Shown one piece after another: positions 11,851-25,300 of a DNA stretch of 64,000 bases. Source of the DNA: Cercozoa sp. M6MM (taxonomy: Eukaryota > Protista > Endomyxa: Ascetosporea). Each line of letters begins with the position of its first letter. Position 1 is the first letter of the stretch. The notes under the pieces were generated by a model. The model was not told where the DNA came from, did no database searches, and saw nothing but the letters and a program-made list of their open reading frames with translations. The translations under genes were made by a program, and so were the position numbers. Location: NCBI GenBank assembly GCA_040357565.1, contig JBDODJ010000015.1; one strand, written 5' to 3'.

Positions 11851-14800
11851 ATGGAACCGCCTTCAGTCGCTACGACGGTAAACCATTGTCGGCGTGCAGA
11901 CACTTCTGTTTGACAGGATGCTTTTGTATTGGCAGATTGATCACTTTGGCGTGTTGGCGCTGGATGGCCAGGACGGCCCGGATGACGAGGTGCCGTCCTT
12001 CCCGTCGCGCCAGCACTCGACGGCATCGCCACAGCAGCCGCAGCAGCAGCAGCAGCATTGGGACTACGGGGTGCGCACGCTCTCTTTTTCTCTGTATCTG
12101 AATGTATCATATGGAATGTATCATATGTCAATTGTCGCAGTATGGCCACTACGACTACGGACAGGCGCAGCAGCAGATGTACTACCAGCAGCAGCAGTAC
12201 CAACAGCAACAACAGTACATGGCGCAGTCGCACCAAGGCGGTACTGTTTGTCTTGCATGTCTGAAAGTTATGACACTGCTCTACACATGGTTGGTGACAC
12301 AGGCCAAGGCAAGGAGGATGACACGCGATACTACCAGCAAGCGTACCCGTCGCCGGCCTACCATGGTAGCTTCCTCACTCGTCTTTAAAGAGTTGGGTGT
12401 ATTGTGTGTCTGTGTGTCTGCAGGATACTCGCCAATGTACATGCCGCAGACGCACCAGGCACAGGCAGCGCAGGACTCACAGCAGCCGCAGCAGCAGGGT
12501 CAGCAGGGTCAGAATCAGCAAGGCCAGAATCAGCAAGGCCAACAGGGACATCATTACGGTAGTTTGTTACCATAATGTCCCCAGGGATGTACCTATATGG
12601 TCCGATTCGTGCAGGCTACCCTCCTGGCTACTACCAGGGCTACTACCCACCGAACCCGTACTACCGGCAGCAGCAGTACTACATGCAGCAGCAGCAGTAC
12701 TACATGCACGGACACCCGCACATGGCGCCGCACTACGTACTTGCAGTTTGCTCTGTCGTTCTTACCAGTTGGTTTCCTGATACCCTGTTGCAGATGCCGC
12801 CGCAGGAGCAGAAGGAACTGGAGACGCCTGTCGTGATGAAGTCGCACGAGGAGGAGAAACGCGGTGCTGCGACTGACTCGACGCAACAAGAAAAGCCGCC
12901 GAAGCAGCAGCCGCCGAAGAAGCAGCCGAAGCCATCAGAAGAGCCGCCGAAGCAGGAGACGTCGCCGCAGTCGAAGCAGCGCAGCGAGAGCGCCGAGTCG
13001 AAGAAGAAGTCGAAGCGCAACGGCTCCAAGAAGCCAAAGGACACGTCGTCGCCGACTGAGGTATGTGTGTGTGGTATGTGTGTGTGTGGTATGTGTGTGT
13101 GTGGTATGTGNNNNNNNNNNTGTGTGTGTGGTATGTGTGTGTGTGGTATGTGTGTGTGTGGTATGTGTGTGTGTGTGTGGTATGTGTGTGTGTGTGGTAT
13201 GTGTGTGTGTGTGTGTGTGTACATGTGTTTGTGTATGGGGACGTGTGTATGGGAACAGACTGCAAGTGTTAAAAAGGAGGTTGAAAAGGAGAGCACCGGC
13301 GCTCCGGCCTCGTACAAGAGTGCTATCGCGAGTGCAGGCACCAAGAAGCCGTCGGCACCTGCGACGAAGCCGAGCGACGTCGATGCGCAGCTGCGCGCTC
13401 AGGTACGGCTGTCTGTACATCCTCCCCCCCCCCTCCCCCCCCCCCCCCCTCCCGGCAGGTGGCACAGCAGTCGCAGAAGGCAGAGAAAGCACGTGCCGTT
13501 GTGGCCACCGGGTCGGCTGCGGCGTCGACGTCGACGCGTGCCAAGGTACGTCGTGTGTCTTGCTGGGTACCTAGACTGGGTACCTAGAGTATGTGTGTGT
13601 GTGTGTGTGCAGGGCAAGGTGAATTTTGAGAGCGAGGAGTGGCGCTCGCAGCTGCACGTGCCGCAGGCGGACCAGCGACACCGCACGGCCGACGTGACGT
13701 CGACGCGCGGCGTGCAGTGGGACTCGTTCGGCCTCAGTCGCGAGCTGATGGCCGGCATCTTTGAGATGGGCTTTGAGGTGCCCTCGCCCATCCAGGAGGG
13801 TACCTTGCACCGTATGTATATATATATATATGTATATATAGATGTAGTGTATATGTATAGTGTATATGTGTATGTATAGTGTATATATGTATGTATATTG
13901 TATATGTATCGTGTATAGTGTATATCTGTATATGTATAGTGTATATATAGTTGTATATATATATATATAAATATATATATATATAAGATACATATATAGT
14001 AGAGATATATACAAGTTATGTGTATATGTGTATAATGGCAGTGGCAATCCCGCCGGCACTGGAGGGCAAGCACGTGCTGGCACGCGCCAAGAACGGCACG
14101 GGCAAGACGGGCGCCTTCGTGGTGCCGGTGCTGCACGCCGTGGAGCTGTCGCGGCACGAGGTGCAGGTCGTGGTGCTGGTGCCGACGCGCGAGCTGGCCT
14201 TCCAGACCAGCAACACGATCAAGCGCATGGGCAAGTACCTGGGCCACTCGCAGGCCAAGCAGCACAAGCACAAGAAGAGCGGCAGACGCGGCGGCCTCGA
14301 GTGCGTCGTGCTCACGGGCGGTCAGTCGGTGCGCGACGATGTGATCCGACTCAAGGCGGGCCCGCACGTGGTGGTGGCTACGATCGGCCGCCTGCTCGAC
14401 CTGGTGGAGCAGAAGGCGGCCGACCTGTCGCACACGAAGCTCGTCGTCATGGACGAGGCCGACAAGCTTCTGTCGTCGCAGTGGACGCCGCTCATTGAGA
14501 AGGTATGCCCTATAGATACTTCGCCTATAGACACTTCGCCTGTCTTACACTATCTTACCCGATTCGTGTTCGATAGGTGCTGCGATATACGCCGCAGGAG
14601 CGGCAGATTATGGCGCTGTCGGCGACGTTTCCGAACTCAGTGCGCGGCTTCCAACAGAAGTGGCTACCTGCCGATAGGTAGGCTAGTTCTTACCCCCCCC
14701 TTACCCCTTCCTACCCTCCCCACTCCCCATCCTTCTTACTGTGCGGCAGGTGCGCCACGGTGAGCACGATGCAGTCGCTGACGCTGGAGGGCGTCACGCA

Positions 14801-15578
14801 GTACTATGCCTTCGTGCAGGAGAAGCAGAAGCTGCAGTGTCTCAAGACGCTGTTCGCCAAGCTGGGTAGCGTCCTTCCCTGTGTGTTTATAGCCCCTGCT
14901 TTACCCCCCCCCCCCCGCGCAGAAATCCAGCAGTGTATTGTGTTCTGCAACTCGGTACATCGCACGGAACTCCTGGCGCAGAAAATCATCGATCTCGGGC
15001 TGAGTTGCTTCTTTATTCACAGGTACCTTCGTGTTTTGTACTATCATGTTTTGTACTATCCTGTACTCTGTACGAGTCTCTTTGTACGAGTCTCTTTGTA
15101 CGAGTCTATTTGTACGGTCGGTTTGTACAGCAAGATGCCGCAGCGTGACCGCAATCGCGTGTTCCACGAGTTCCGCCAGGGTACTTGGGCTAGTTTATTT
15201 ATTGATATTGTGATAATGACCTGTGTGACCCGGTGGCCTCACAGGCAAGTGCCGCGTACTTGTGTGCACGGACCTGTTGACGCGCGGCATTGACGTGCAG
15301 ACCGTGAACGTTGTGATCAACTTTGACATGCCGGTGCACGCCGAGACGTACCTACACCGCATCGGTCGCTCCGGACGCTATGGCCATCTGGGCCTCGCTA
15401 TCAATCTCGTGACGCAGAAGGACCGTGACCACTTGTTCCGCATTGAGGTACACACTGCCTTGTTCTACTTGGACGACACTTGTTTTTAACTGTATTATCG
15501 TACTACACACAGGGCAAGTTGGGTGCACGCATCGAGGCCATCCCGCAGCAGGTCGATCGAAGCATCTACGCTGTCTAA
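11851..15578 (+). CDS. DDX6: DEAD-box RNA helicase DDX6/Dhh1 with a long Q/Y-rich N-terminal extension
   Basis: [79 protein letters not shown] are DDX6-subfamily signatures. Confidence 0.95.
13061..13220. repeat. (GTATGTGTGTGTG)n / (GT)n satellite in a DDX6 intron, containing a 10-N gap at 13111-13120
   Basis: Direct inspection. Confidence 0.9.
13813..14032. repeat. Degenerate (TA/TG)n tract filling a DDX6 intron
   Basis: Direct inspection. Confidence 0.9.
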
Positions 15579-15937
15579 CAACAACAGCAACAACTACAAC
15601 AACACTTCCATTGCCCAACCCTCACACACACACACACACAAACGACAGCTCTCTCAAGAGGCAAAAACAAAATGTGGACCGACCCATGTCCAGACCCAAG
15701 CGAAATTTCACCCCGGCAGTGTCAGTAGACCCCTTTTTTCTTGCATTTCGTGAGCTTGCGTTCTTAGTGCACTGACTACGATGCAAACTGTATTGATGCG
15801 GTAGCTAACTAACAGTATTCGCTGCATCGCGGCAATCCAGACAGTTCGATGTAGGCGTCTTAACTGAAAGACGAAAGAAAAATACGCATCTGTCACGACT
15901 CACGAGCACAAATTAGTCGCCTCGCATGGCGTGATTA

Positions 15938-16778
15938 CTACTGGGCCTGCTCAAGCAGCTTGCCGAGCGTGAACTGGCGCGCCTCCTCGTCGGTGTTGAT
16001 CTTGCTGAGACGGGCCGTCGAGTAGAAGTTGTCGGCAAAGCTACGCACAGGTTCAGTAAAAGGACACAACACAGACATCACAAGCAGACGAAGCTACAGG
16101 AGAGCCGAGTGGTAGAGCTCCAGGTCGCCGATAAGGTCCTGCTCGATCCAGTCGTTCTGCTTGAGCTTCTCCTTCTTGGCGCCTGCAGTTTCAAAAGCAT
16201 ACACAAGACAAGACAAAAAGAGCCGGCCCAATAAAGATGCAAAAGACAAGCGCACGGAGCAGCGAGTAACGCGCCGCACGCAGAGCGAACTCTTCGACCT
16301 TGTTCTTCGGGCCGAACTTGACGGCCATCTTGATGGCCTTCTTGTCTGCCAGAAAACACGAGGGACATCGAGGGACATTATCACCCAGAAACAGGAGAAG
16401 GCCGCTGTACTCTTGCCGGTCGAAGGCAGGTAGTCAAACACCTCAGGCTCGATCAGGTGGTCCACGCACTGCAGGCCGTACTCGATGGCCTCCTGCACGA
16501 AGCCGTGCTTACGCAGGTGCGCCTGCACGTCCTCGTCGATCGGCATCGTGTACATCACTGGCGCAAAGTACTTCTGCGCACGCGCACACACAAACACACA
16601 TTGCTGGCAACTAAAAAACACAAACACAAACACAAAAACGCACGCTCGTGGACGGCAGCTCGCGCAGAACGCCAGTCTTCTCCAGCAGCCTCTGGAACTT
16701 CTCATCATTCGTCATGGCCGAAATGGCCTTGGTACGCTGCGCCATGCGCTGCAACGTGCGCGTCGACAGCTTCTGCAT
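15938..16778 (-). CDS. Hypothetical protein (~200 aa), possibly mitochondrial
   Basis: Strongly GC3-biased exons: MQKLSTRTLQRMAQRTKAI (basic, acid-free, presequence-like)...FADNFYSTARLSKINTDEEARQFTLGKLLEQAQ*. The start is uncertain. Confidence 0.65.
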
Positions 16779-17043
16779 CACTTGGACTGGGCTGTGCACA
16801 CAGCAACACGGAAAATAAAACACAGCAATGCTAACCAGGACATCACGGGCCGCTCATAGATACAACATACATCTGAGTAACCGCGGCGGAGAACTCTGTG
16901 GGCGCACCTGGTGCAGCGCGAAAACTTGTACCGCGTCCTTAAAAAACCAACTGATCTTTGAAGAATTTGTGTGACTCAGCAACTTTGTAATCTGGTCAGA
17001 TTAGCAGGCGTAGGCGTGTGTTACCTTTTTGGGTCGGTGAAGG

Positions 17044-18511
17044 ATGAATCAATCCACCTGGTTGTGGGATACGGGCCAATCTGGCTTTCGGGCTTTCGAT
17101 ACCGCGACACAAATGGAGCTCGATCACGCTTTCTCTGTACCTTGACACTGCAACCAGCCTTTCACATCTGCTCAAAAAGGTGTACGATAGACGGGCCAAT
17201 CACAAGTAATTCCGACGAGTGGTTTCTTCGCGAATGCTCCGCCTGGTCGCTATGTGATTCAACTCGACCAGTCCGTTCCGAGCCGAGAAGGCATAGTGGT
17301 GCCAAGATGTGTTTAAAAAATGTGTGGTTCTTTCAAGCACTTTGTGTTAGGGATACCAAGTCAACACTGAAACTGGGGTTGTTCGAATGGTGCAGCGGTC
17401 GATCAGTATTGACAGTGAAGAAACGCCAGTCGGGTACTGTATCTTCTGTACTTGCTGCTTTGAGATGCGAAGAAACGCAGAGAGCAAGAAACGATTCGAG
17501 TCTGCTGCCACGATGGCGTTTGGATCGGTTTGGATCCGCGTGCCGGCAAATGCGAGGCCAAGTCGTGCAGTACACTTGCGAACAAGGAAGACTTCCCGGA
17601 TGACGTGTGCTCGATCTGTCTGGTACTCTCCACCCAGCCTACACGTGCTTCCGTTATTTTTTAAAACACAACGATGCAGAGTGACTGGGAAGTCGCAAAA
17701 CCGTACAAGCTCGTTTGCGGGCATCCTTTCCACCTGTCTTGTCTGCGCGCAGCATTCAAAACCTTCAACAAGTGTCCCACCTGCCGACACGTGTATGATT
17801 GTTGTGTCTCCTGGCTCATGATTAGATGCTCATGAGAGCGTGTGTCGACAGACTGGCCAAAACAATGGGCACGATGCCTCCGGGAACGCTTTCGATTCGG
17901 AGACAGCACGTTGCTCTGGCAGGGCATCCGAACGCTGGCTCTTTTGGTGAGCCGAATTGAACTAAAGAAATAGCGTGTGCCCATTGGCTTTCTGTTGCAG
18001 AGCTCAAGTTTGACATTCCTTCCGGTACCCAAAGTGAGGAGCACCCGAACCCTGGCCTGCGATACCAAGGCGCGCACCGATACGGCTACCTTCCGGACAC
18101 ACCTGGTTTCTCGTCCACTCCTATGTGCCGCCGTGTGTTTTATATTTTTGCTTTGAGGAGAACAGAAGGCCGAAAGGTGCTACGCATGTTTAAAGTGGCC
18201 TTCCGACGGCGTTTGTTCTTCAAAGTTGGCTACTCTATCACTCGTGATATCGACAATGTTGTCGTTTGGAACGGTATGATTCTTTTTTTTTGTGCTGCAG
18301 ACATTATTTATTTCTGTGCAAATCCACCAGGCATACATGTCAAGACGAATCTCCACGGAGGCGCGGCAAACTTCGGCTTCCCCGACGCGACATACGTATC
18401 TTTTTGTGAACTTGCGCTCGTGTGGCATCACTGTTGCTCCCTGTGCAGCTGCAGCGCGTGCAAGAAGAGCTGCAAGCCAAAGGCATCACCGAGGAGGACA
18501 TGACACCATAG
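17044..18511 (+). CDS. Deltex-family E3 ligase: WWE + RING-H2 + Deltex C-terminal (DTC) domain
   Basis: WWE-like WLWDTG..FRAFD..ELDHAF..YVIQL..YQVNTETGVVRMVQR; RING CSICL..CGHPFHLSC..CPTC; DTC GTMPPG..IPSGTQSEEHPNPG..YLPDTPEGRKVL..VVWNGIHVKT..FGFPDATYLQRVQEELQAKGI. Confidence 0.88.
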
Positions 18512-18804
18512 GCCGTCGCAACTCCTAAGCTTGCGCTTGAAACTTCATCCCTTTCGGCATAAGGCGATGCATGACTATAGTATTACTAAAACTCACAGTA
18601 GAACGATTAAAACACACAATACTTTTGACGTGAGTCATCAATGATCACACTCTGACCCACTCCCATCTGTTGTTATTTTCCTCTTTTGCTCTGCCTGCAG
18701 CAGCGCTGTGTGGTGCTGGTGTTTGAAGGATAGAGCAGTGCCGCACGTGCTGCGTGTGATTATTGTATTATCGCGCTGATACGAAAAACGATCGTTCAGA
18801 CAAC

Positions 18805-21800
18805 ATGCGCTTCTTGTTGGCCCTGTTGCTTGGCACCACCTTGGCGCAGTCACAGGCCGATGTAAGAACCGCGCCAAAGGATGCGACAGCAGTGCCTGTG
18901 TTTATGGGAGCATCATACGCGCGTCGCTTCCACGTTGTGCAAGACTGGCAGTTCTCGCCGTTCCACGTACGTTTGCTGCGGCTGCAGCCACACCTAAACG
19001 ATTATAAGAGGATCATCACTGCTTGCAGGCTGAAGATCAACATGACGAAAAACTCGGTTTCGCGCGTCACTTTGAGGGCGACGTCGTCTTGCGGCGCCAA
19101 AAACGCCGCGAACGTCTCGACACGCGCCGACAGCGTCGTAGTCAAGAAGGCTGGCGCTCGGCGAGTGACTTCGCGTCGCTTGACCTGCGCATGCCCGACG
19201 ACGTATGTTTTCCGTCTTTTCGTGCCGTTTTTTTGGGCGTTTTTACGTCCAGATGCTTCTTTGTTTATTCAGGGAAGCGAGTTCAGACTGCAGCTGGAGG
19301 TGGACGACGATCTTGTCGCCGTTCACAACGGGCGCGCCACGGCGCACTGGCAGCAGAACGAACTCATGAGCTATGTGTAATATGGTTTGCTGTGGATGCC
19401 GTGTGTGTGTGTGTGCGTGTGTGCGCGTGTGTGTGTGTGTGTGTGTGTGTGTTCATGTTTACCCGTACATCTGTGTAGCGGTAGAAATGCCACAGTGGAA
19501 GCACACATTCATGGAACGCGTCATGGAAGTGACGTGCTGCCGACCTTGGCGTCGATTCGGTTCCAAACCTCGCGTGGCATGGACACGATTCGCTTGCAAA
19601 CACTAGCCGTACGCACTGCTTGTTGGTTTTTCCATGTGTTTTAATTCCGGCTTCTTTATGTAGCTTCTGGAGCAAGGCGCTCGTGTACGCATGCATAACG
19701 ATGACAAGGATGGCGAGGCAGCCAAGCTGGAGTTGCGTCGTCTGCAACATATCGCTGCCGACTTGAGCGTATGTGTCAAACTGTGTGTGCTTTTGTATTT
19801 AATTTGTGTTGCGTTGTCTAGGACGAAGAGAAGGAGAACACACTGGTCGCTTGGCGTCAGTCAGTATTACAGCTTACATTCCAGAGCATGCATAACTACC
19901 GCAGCCTAACCGCAGATGTCCTTGCACGAAGATATGTTTTCTTCGTCTGAGAAATACGTCACGGCAGATGATGTAAAAAATACAGTAGAGAAAAAGCAAC
20001 GTAGTTGTCATGTGTATTTATCTCAGGAACTTCCCAGCACACTGTTGCTTGAGACGGACTACACCGTCATGAATGAATGGGGCGACGAGGTACCCCCTCC
20101 TTCGTATGTAATTCACATTAACTCTGTCCATTTAGTGTTGGGGCGGTGCCGAAGACTACGGTCGCACCTTGAACGTTGCATTTGTCGTTGACAAGGTATG
20201 CACAACATCTCACCGTTTCTGTGTGCTGACAGATCGTGTTTACGCAGATCGCATATGTCACTCTCGGTGGCACTGATGCTGCCGTGACTGCCAAGGTGCA
20301 GGACTTAGTTACTGAGCTCAATACAGGTATCGATATTAAAATATCGCATATGTTGCATCATTTCCAATAAATTGCAGTGTACACCAAGCAACCGCACGTG
20401 CGTCTTGCTGCTAGTGAGATCATCTTGGCCAAGACTGGCTCCTCGTTGGCTTCGGAGGACTGGAACGTCGACTCGTGTTCGTCAGACAGACCTGTGGAGG
20501 ATATCATGTCGTCCTTCCAGTACAACAGCTTTGTTGATACTTAACTTGAGTTCCTCGAGTGCAAAGATGTGTAGGGTTTGGAGCAACAACGAAAACACTG
20601 GCAGCGGGCCTTCTTACGTACGATTTGCTGTTTTATTGTTTTATTGTTTAGACTGCACTTGTTTTTTTTTTTAAACTTAGAACTGGCAACTTCTCTCGGG
20701 ATGTCTCTGGGAGAACAATGTCGCCGGTCTGGTACGTTCGCAGTACAGTATCACTTGGACACTTTAAAGAATGTTGTTTGTGCACTGGCAGGCCTACCTG
20801 CACAAAATCTGCAGCCCATCGAATGCCTGCGGTGTCAGTATGTTCAAACAGGAGAGTCACTGGACTATCGGTAAGATGGCACTTCCCTTTGCCTCTTTTC
20901 TGTTAGGTCTGCTTTGTAAATCCTTTTTTTGCATTAGTCGCACACGAAATCGGGCACAACTTTGGTGCATACCACACCTTCGATGCAGAGAACGTTTATG
21001 TAAGTTTTTAAATTTAGTTTTTTATTTTCCTTGATGTATACGACATTTGTTGTGTGGTATTTATCTCATCACGGCAGGGTGCGCTGCCACAAGGCCAAGC
21101 GCGAACCCTGATGGACTACAGCACTCCCGGCAACAATGTTGTCCAGTTTCATGTAATTACAGCTTTTTTGCGCTTCCCACACCATCGAAACCTTGATACT
21201 TTGTAGGATATTACGAAACCGTACATCTGCAAGCACCTGCGAGAGTATGGACTGTTGCAGGAGTGTATGAGTCAGGTATATGCTGTTCATCAACGACACA
21301 TGTTGATTTGGTGTGAGTTAAATGCTTTGGTGCAGGACATTTCGGGAACTGAACTGGGCGACTTGCCTTGCCTAGCTGCTGTCAATGCGCCATTGTTGGA
21401 TACCCAAGGTATGAAGCCAGTTCTGTTAAACGCGTACAGTCCTTGCAGTTGTATGTTTTTGCTGTTCAGGTGGTTCCAACAAGTGCATTCGAGTTACCAG
21501 CAAGGATCCGCTGGGCGGCATTACGGAGTACGGTTGCTATTCGGGAGGCTTACATATCGTTCAGTTCGGGAAAGACTGTCCTGGTAGAATTGGTGACTGG
21601 GTTCGCGTTTATCTGAACTTACTCTGACTGTGGGAATTCCAGAACTCACACAAAAGGCAGCACTTAAAACGAACCCCGATTCTGCCAGATGTGATGCCAA
21701 AGAAAACAAGGATCAAGCGCGCCTGTATAACAACTGCGACGTCTGTGCAGGCGTATGTTGAACACAGTTGTTGTTGCTTTTTGCTTTGTTGATCTGTGTT

Positions 21801-22086
21801 TCTTTTTTGGCGCAGAATTTCTCGGCTTGGACCGACTGTGACGACGGCCAGAGTGTCAGCGTTCGTGTCTACACGGTCGATAAGACCAATGAGGACAATC
21901 ACGAACAGTGTTCCAAACTCGACGGCTTTGAGGAGACTCGGTCTGTTTTCCAACCATCGCTTTTACTGCTTTTACTGTGATCTGCCTATCCTTCTTAGAG
22001 AGTGCAAGGTTCCTACTGGCGGAAGCGCTGGCGCAGTTCCCGCGATGGCTGTGACTGCTGCTGTTATCGTTGCCTTGCTACGCTGA
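18805..22086 (+). CDS. Secreted or GPI-anchored metzincin (reprolysin/M12B-like) metalloprotease with a C-terminal TSP1-like module
   Basis: Signal peptide MRFLLALLLGTTLA; HEIGHNFGAYH (20943-20975); Met-turn LMDY; NFSAWTDC..VR..C..ETREC; hydrophobic C-terminus MAVTAAVIVALLR*. Confidence 0.78.
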
Positions 22087-22359
22087 TGTGGCGGTTTTGC
22101 TCATCAGAAGTCAATCCAAACGAGCGCCTGTCTATACTACCTTTGTACGTGACTTAATTATTGTACTACTGCACTGGGGCGTGGCAGCTCGGCTGTGTAT
22201 TTCACTGGTACAGTACGAGGCAGTTTGCCGCGGCCGGTACCCTTGATTGGTTGTACGGTACTGAAAATGTACGTGGAGACCAGCAATCCGTACGTACCGA
22301 CGGCATCGTACTGAAGCAGTAAATTAATTGCTCGGGTCGGCAGCGTATTGTGCTGCATT

Positions 22360-25300
22360 TTAGACGTATTCTCGTGTACCCCAGGAGATACCACCCTTTG
22401 ACTGCCCCGAACGAGTGCGAGATTCGTCTCTCGAAGTTCGCTGGCGAACGGGACGTGGCACTTCGAGCTTCGTCTTTCCCGTCTTCTCGACGACGTTGAT
22501 CGACGGAAGTGTTTCGCTCAAGACTTCCGTAGCTAACTGCGTGTTAAACTCAAGCGCCAGTTCCTATTAAAATAAACAACATTTCGAGCTTTTAACACAG
22601 AACAAGTTTACGTTGGAAGAAGACGTCTCCGAACTCGCGTCTTTTTTCGCGCGAGAGAGTACTTTCAGACGATTCGTCGACTGTTCAACTTCGAGATGTA
22701 CTTTGACCTGTTTTCGAACGGCAGCACGTGCACGGCTATCAGCGACGCTGTTCCGCGAGTCTGACAGTCGGGACTTGCGCAGCTCGTGCCTGCGGCTGTG
22801 CAACGTCTCGCCAGGCTCGCCTTTCAGCGAGACCCACGACTCCAGTGCACTCGGCTTCTTGCCAAATGTGCAAATGTAGTTGTGAGCCCACTGCTCAAAC
22901 TCACAACTTTGTTTCTTCAGGTATTGGCGCCACAAGGAGGACACATGCGCTTCGATGGACTTGCAGTGCTCCATGGCACTCGCCGAGCGACTCCGTGCAT
23001 CTAGAGCGATTCAGTTTGCTGAAGTCACAACTCTTGAATACATTCTTACCTGACAGCTCGACGAAGGTTTCAGCAAGATGCTGAGGTACGTTCGATTCTT
23101 TCGCAACGTCAGCGGCAAGTTCTTCGATTTCGTGTTCATTCTTGGAGCAACTCTTCGCTGCAGCTCGACTGGAAAAGAGCTGACTTGCGTGCAACTGAGC
23201 AAGCGCATATGCCCTGGAGCTTGACATATCATCGATGATGCGTTTGCCTCTTTCAAGTTCGCCAGTCATCGTCGCCAGTTCAGCGAGGGCAAAAAACCAC
23301 TTTGGCGAATCTTCGCGTTTGCCGTCAAACGAAATCTCACAGCGAGCAGGTTTCGCATCTGACAGCTCAATGCAAAGGCCCGCTTGACTCAGCCAATGTG
23401 CGACTTGTTGTGAAAATGACAGTGAACTCCTCGACCGCCACTTGTGCAGCACTCGTTCCACATTCGGAAGGTGTAAGTTGTACACCTCCTTCAGCCGCGT
23501 CACGGTCGACGTGAACACTTCTTCCAGGAACTTGTCGTTCACACGGTGCAGACCGAAGCGCAATGATGCAACGGCATCGAGGAGGTCACAAAAAGCTCTA
23601 CCAGTTAATTTAATGTCTTTAAGTTACTGATAATTTAATTGGACCGGATGAAGATTAAATTGTACACAGGCAGCCGAGAATGAAGGATATCAAATGGGCA
23701 GGCAAGAAGGATGTTATCGCAACGCAAGATAGAGTGCGTGAGTGCGCTGGTGTTGCGAAAAACTGCCAAAGATGACGAGACTTCGCCTTGCAGAGCAGTC
23801 GGAGAGCAGAAGCTCGCATGCAAGTCTTCCGGCCTTGCGAGGTTGGCAAAAGCAGAGACAATCCATCCGAATCCTGTGATGTTCTGGAACAGTTCGACCG
23901 CGAGTTGGGCATCCATTTTGGCTGCACTTGCCAGCAAGTAGGTCGTGTCTTCTGCCCGAAGAGTAATCGTGCACGTTTCGCTTTCGACACTTTCTGATTT
24001 CAAGTCGTGCTTTGAGTCTGATCCGGTTTCTTTCGCTTCGGCAAGATGCGAAGCAATGACTTCAAAGATGCTTTTGTCCGTGAAGAGCTGTGGTCTTGGG
24101 AGCTTTCGTAAGTGCGTTTCAACAACGGTTGTACTCATGGCGAGTCCTCCTGTTGCCGCCAGAGCCAAGCACTCGGCGGTTTGCTCTCGCAGCTTCTGCG
24201 TGCGCAAGCAACCAACGGCCAGAGTTCGCAAAGCAAGACTGACGATCTTGTTTAACTCCTCTTCGAATCCAATTTCGTTGAACGAGCGCGATGATAGGTC
24301 CAATACCCCTACAAAAACAGTTTGCACGTGTTGCACGACATCAAACTCGGAACTTGCGTATTCATCACAAGCGACGTCCCACAGTTCACACAGGCACTGG
24401 AGCGCAGTTCGCGCGACGCCCAAGCGCTCCGACAAGGGCAGTTTTTGCAAAACGGGTGCGTCGACGAGGGACGTCACGTCCGACAGCGTCAGCAGCGTCG
24501 TCGACAACTTTATGAGCTGTGATAAATGATGCGCAGTGATCTGCGCTGCAACAAGCAGCATTGCTCGGACCAGTTGCACAGTTCCAGGGTGAGTGGGGCC
24601 TGTTTAAAGCAAACAAATGATATAGTTTGTGTGTTTTCACGACTCTGGTACGATTTGGACATACCATTCAAGAGTGAGTGTGCCAAAGCGACGAGGCGAT
24701 CCACAAGCTTTTTACAGAGTTCTTCGGAACACATTGCAGCATTCCCTCGCATCTTGAGCAGCAACAATATTTCGGTGCACTCCGACACAACCTGTTTCGA
24801 AAGGGTTCGATCGCAGGCAAGATGCGTCGCACATTCAAACAGCGACATTGCCAATGTGTCTGAAATCATGCATTTTGGTGGCAGGGACAACTTGACCAGC
24901 TTTAGTGCCTCCGACCAAAGCAAGTCATGCTGATACACGAGAAGCAGTTGCGCAACCGTGCCCTGGATTTCGCGACTGTGTTTGCAAAGCAAAGAAGGCA
25001 GAGATGCTGCAGTATCGAGTGAAATCGATGCGATGAACAAAGCAAGATCGGCGAGTTCTTGGCCACGCGAAAACTGATTGTCAGTCGAAACAAAACCGCG
25101 CTCTGACCGCGGAGCCAATGCTCGACTTAAACAGTTCATGCGAGGCCGATAGTTTGATGGGTATTCGCTCTTTGCCGCTATAGCCACCTCCCGCCACATG
25201 CAAAGCAAGCATGATACGAAACTGCCACAGACATTGTGGTCTTTGACGAAAGAGAGCGACACTTCAGTTGAAAAGACTGAGTTCATGAGCAGCACGATTC

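Noticed and set aside
12733-14433. Several long minus-strand ORFs with HT and YI repeats
   Set aside because: Antisense to DDX6; the repeats are translated (GT)n and (TA)n introns
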